DNA from: Eledone cirrhosa | Lineage: Eukaryota | Length of the DNA stretch: 64,000 nt | Reading direction: 5' to 3' | NCBI GenBank assembly: GCA_964016885.1 | Contig: OZ024760.1 | Location: forward strand, 30,070,001-30,134,000 | Part shown: in pieces, positions 61,000-64,000 of the stretch | Numbering within the stretch: the first letter of the stretch is position 1 | How the letters are laid out: every line of letters begins with the position of its first letter | Translations under genes and position numbers: made by a program | Notes under the pieces: generated by a model | The model's input: only the letters and a program-made list of their open reading frames with translations | Database searches by the model: none | Told to the model about the DNA's origin: nothing

Positions 61000-63900
61000 G
61001 TAATGTAATGTAATGTAATGTAATGTAATGTAATGTGTAATGTAATGTAATTTAATGTAATGTCTAATGTAATGTAATGTAATGTAATGTGTAATGTAAT
61101 GTAACGTAATGTAATGTAACTTAATGTTTAATGTAATGTAATGTAATGTAATGTAATGTAATGTAATGTAATGTAATGTAATGTAATGTAATGTAATGTG
61201 TAATGTAATGTAATGTAATGTAATGTAATGTAATATAATGCAATGTAATATGTAATGTAATTTAATGTAATGTAATATAATGTAATGTGTAATGTAATGT
61301 GTAATGTAATGTAATGTAATTTAACGTAATGTCTAATGTAATGTAATGTAATGTAATGTAATGTAATGTCATGTAATGTAATGTGTAATGTAATGTAATG
61401 TAATGTAATGTAATGTAATGTAATGTAATGTGTAATGTAATGTAATGTAATGTAATGTAATGTAACGTAATGTAACATAATGTAATGTGTAATGTATTGT
61501 AATGTAATGTAATGTGAAATGTAATGTAATGTAATGTCTAATGTGTAATGTAATGTAATGTAATGTAATGTAATGTAATGTAATGTGTAATGTAATGTAA
61601 TGTAATGTGTAAAGTAATGTAATGTAATGTAATGTGTAATGTAATGAAATGTAATGTAATGTGTAATGTAATGTAATGTAATGTAATGTAATGTGTAATG
61701 TAATGTAATGTAATGTAATGTAATGTATGATGTAATGTAATGTAATGTAACGTGTAATGTAATGTAATGTACTGTAATGTAATGTAATGTAATATGTAAT
61801 GTAATGTAAGGTAATGTAATTTAATGTAATGTAATGTAATGTAATGTGTAATGTAATGTAATGTAATGTAATGTGTAATGTAATGTAATGTAATGTAATG
61901 CAATGCAATGCAATGCAATGCAATGCAATGCAATGCAATGCAATGAAATGCAATGTAATGCAATGTAATGTAATGTAATGTAATGTAGTGTGTAATGTAA
62001 TGTAATGTAATGTATAATTTAATGTGATGTAATGTAACGTAATGTAATGTGTAATGTAATGTAGTGTGTAATGTAATGTAATGTAACGTAATGTCATGTA
62101 AGGAAATGTAATATTTAATATGTAATGTAATGTAATGTAATGTGAAATGTAATGTAATGTAATATAATGTAATGTGATGTGTAATGTAATGTAATGTAAT
62201 GTAATGTAATATGTAATGTAATGTAATGTAATGTAATGTGTAATGAAATGTAATGTAATGTAATGTAATGTAATATGTAATGTAATGTAATGTAATGTGT
62301 AATGTAATGTAATGTAATGTTATGTAATGTAATGTGTAATGTAATGTAATGTGTAATGTAATGTAATGTAATGTAATGTGTAATGTAATGTAATGTAACA
62401 TAATGTGTAATGTAATGTAATGTAATGTAATGTGTAATGTGTAATGTAATTTAATGTAATGTAATGTAATGTAATGTAATGTAATGTAATGTGTAATGTA
62501 ATGTAACTTAGTGGAATTTAATGTAATTTAATGTAATGTGTAATGTGTAATGTAATGTAATGTAATGTAATGTAATGAAATATGTAATGTAATGTAATGT
62601 AATGTAATTTAACGTAATGTCTAATGTAATGTAATGCAATGTAATGTAATATGTAATGAAATGTAATGTAATTTAATGTAATGTCTAATGTAATGTAATG
62701 TGTAATGTGTAATGTAATGTAATGTAATGTAATTTAATGTAATGTCTAATGTAATGTAATGTAGTGTAATGCAATGTAATGTAATATGTAATGTAATGTA
62801 ATGTAATGTAATGTAATGTAATGTAATGTAATGTAATGTAATGTGTAATGTAATGTAATGTAATGTAATGTGTAATGTAATGTAATGTAATGTAATGTGT
62901 AATGTAATGTAATGTACTGTAATGTAATGTAATGTAATGTAATGTGTAACGTAATGTAATGTAATGTAATATAATGTAATGTAATATAATATAATGTAAC
63001 GTAATGTAATGTAATGTGTAATGTAATGTAATTTAATGTAATATGTAATGTAATGTAATGTAATGTAATGTAATGTAATGTAATGTAATGTAATGTAATG
63101 TAATGTAATGTAATGTAATGTAATGTGTAATGTAATGTAATTTAATGTAATGTCTAATGTAACGTAATGTAATGTAATGTAATGTAATGTAATGTAATGT
63201 GTAATGTAATGTAACGTAATGTAATGTAACTTAATGTTTAATATAGTGTAATGTAATGTAATGTAATGTGTAATGTAATGTGTAATGTAATGTAATGTAA
63301 TGTAATGTAATGTAATGTGTAATGTAATGTAATGTACTGTAATGTAATGTAATGTAATGTAATATGTAATGTAATGTAATGTAATGTAATTTAATGTAAT
63401 GTCTAATGTAAAGTAATGTAATGTAATGTAATGTAATGTAATGTAATGTAATGTAATGTAATGTAGTATGTAATGTAATGTAATGTAATGTAATGTAATG
63501 TGTAATGTAATGTAATGTAATGTAATGTAATGTAATGTAATGCAATGTAATATAATGTAATGTAATATGTAATGTAATGTAATGTAATGTAATTTAATGT
63601 AATGTCTAATGTAATGTAATGTAATGTAATGTAATGTAATGTAATGTAATGTAATGTGTAATGTAATGTAATGTAATGTAATGTAATGTAATGTAATGTA
63701 ATGTGTAATGTAATGTAATATAATGTGTAATGTAATGTAACGTAATGTAATGTAATGTAATGTGTAATGTAATGTAATGTAATGTAATGTAATGTAATGT
63801 GTAATGTAATGTAATGTAATATAATGTAATGTGTAATGTAATGTAATGTAATGTATAATGTAATGTAATGTAATGTAATGTAATGCGTAATGTAACGTAA

Positions 63901-64000
63901 TGTAATGTAATGTAATGCGTAATGTAACGTAATGTAATGTAATGTGTAATGTGTAATGTAATGTAATGTAATGTAATGTAATGTGTAATGTAATGTAATG
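61000..64000 (+). repeat. Second copy of the 8059-bp-offset segment, truncated by the window end
   Basis: Shares private variants with 52.95-55.95 kb: AACTTAGTGG, GTTTAATATAGTG at 55177/63237, and the paired AATGCGT heptamers at ~55848/63882. Confidence 0.9.

Larger units (their letters stand above)
1..64000 (+). repeat. (AATGT)n pentanucleotide satellite array with interspersed AATGTGT heptamers; runs to both window edges
   Basis: Every line is tandem TAATG/AATGT with single-base variants (AACGT, AATAT, AATTT, AAAGT, AGTGT, ACTGT, AATGC, AATCT, AAGGT) and +2 bp heptamers. The consensus monomer is 80% AT with no C on the + strand. No non-repeat insert was seen. Confidence 0.99.
43200..64000 (+). 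repeat. Satellite sub-domain B: ~3.7-4.8 kb higher-order repeat carrying (CAATG)n islands
   Basis: Domain-specific landmarks: AAGT(CAATG)nAAATT(CAATG)n at 43981, 48758, 52608 and 56312; TCATGTAAGGAAATGTAATA at ~45354, 50103, 54035, 57571, 59076 and 62095; AACTTAATG variants. None of these were seen in the first 43 kb. Confidence 0.88.

Noticed and set aside
1131-63545. About 100 minus-strand ORFs (60-666 aa) encoding HYITL repeats
   Set aside because: They are the automatic translation of (CATTA)n, which has no stop in any frame. They overlap in all three frames, start and stop at chance variant monomers, and show no unique domain or codon-level constraint.
1-64000. CRISPR-like or other repeat-spacer array
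   Set aside because: There are no unique spacers; the sequence between landmark cassettes is the same pentamer repeat, and no cas or other genes are present.
1-64000. Telomeric repeat tract
   Set aside because: AATGT lacks the G-runs of typical telomere motifs (TTAGGG, TTAGG, TTTAGGG). Kb-scale duplications of variant patterns indicate recombinational amplification rather than telomerase synthesis.
1-64000. Assignment to human HSat2/HSat3
   Set aside because: Those are (CATTC)n/(GAATG)n-based. Here the consensus is (CATTA)n and AATGG units are very rare. HSat3 is used only as an analogy.
1-64000. Pure sequencing artefact or synthetic low-complexity sequence
   Set aside because: Rare variants recur colinearly in nested duplications with graded divergence, which random error would not generate. 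Local mis-assembly of individual copies remains possible.

Overview
The whole 64 kb window is one uninterrupted, single-orientation, AT-rich simple satellite with consensus monomer AATGT (= TAATG; ACATT/CATTA on the minus strand), densely interspersed with a 7-bp variant AATGTGT and recurrent point-variant monomers. I see no unique sequence, gene, RNA gene, transposon or CRISPR array. The HYITL-repeat ORFs are a translation artefact of (CATTA)n. The real structure is the hidden higher-order organisation revealed by variant monomers. Domain A (~1-43.2 kb) is a mosaic of shared cassettes with nested tandem duplications of ~2.8, ~2.36, ~6.09, 5.51 and ~3.0 kb. Domain B (~43.2-64 kb) is a different ~3.7-4.8 kb higher-order repeat marked by (CAATG)n islands, with an 8059-bp recurrence. 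This looks like eukaryotic heterochromatic satellite (inference); the organism cannot be identified from the sequence. Coordinates were read by eye and cross-checked against offsets of matching ORF translations; boundaries are approximate (about +/-100-200 bp).
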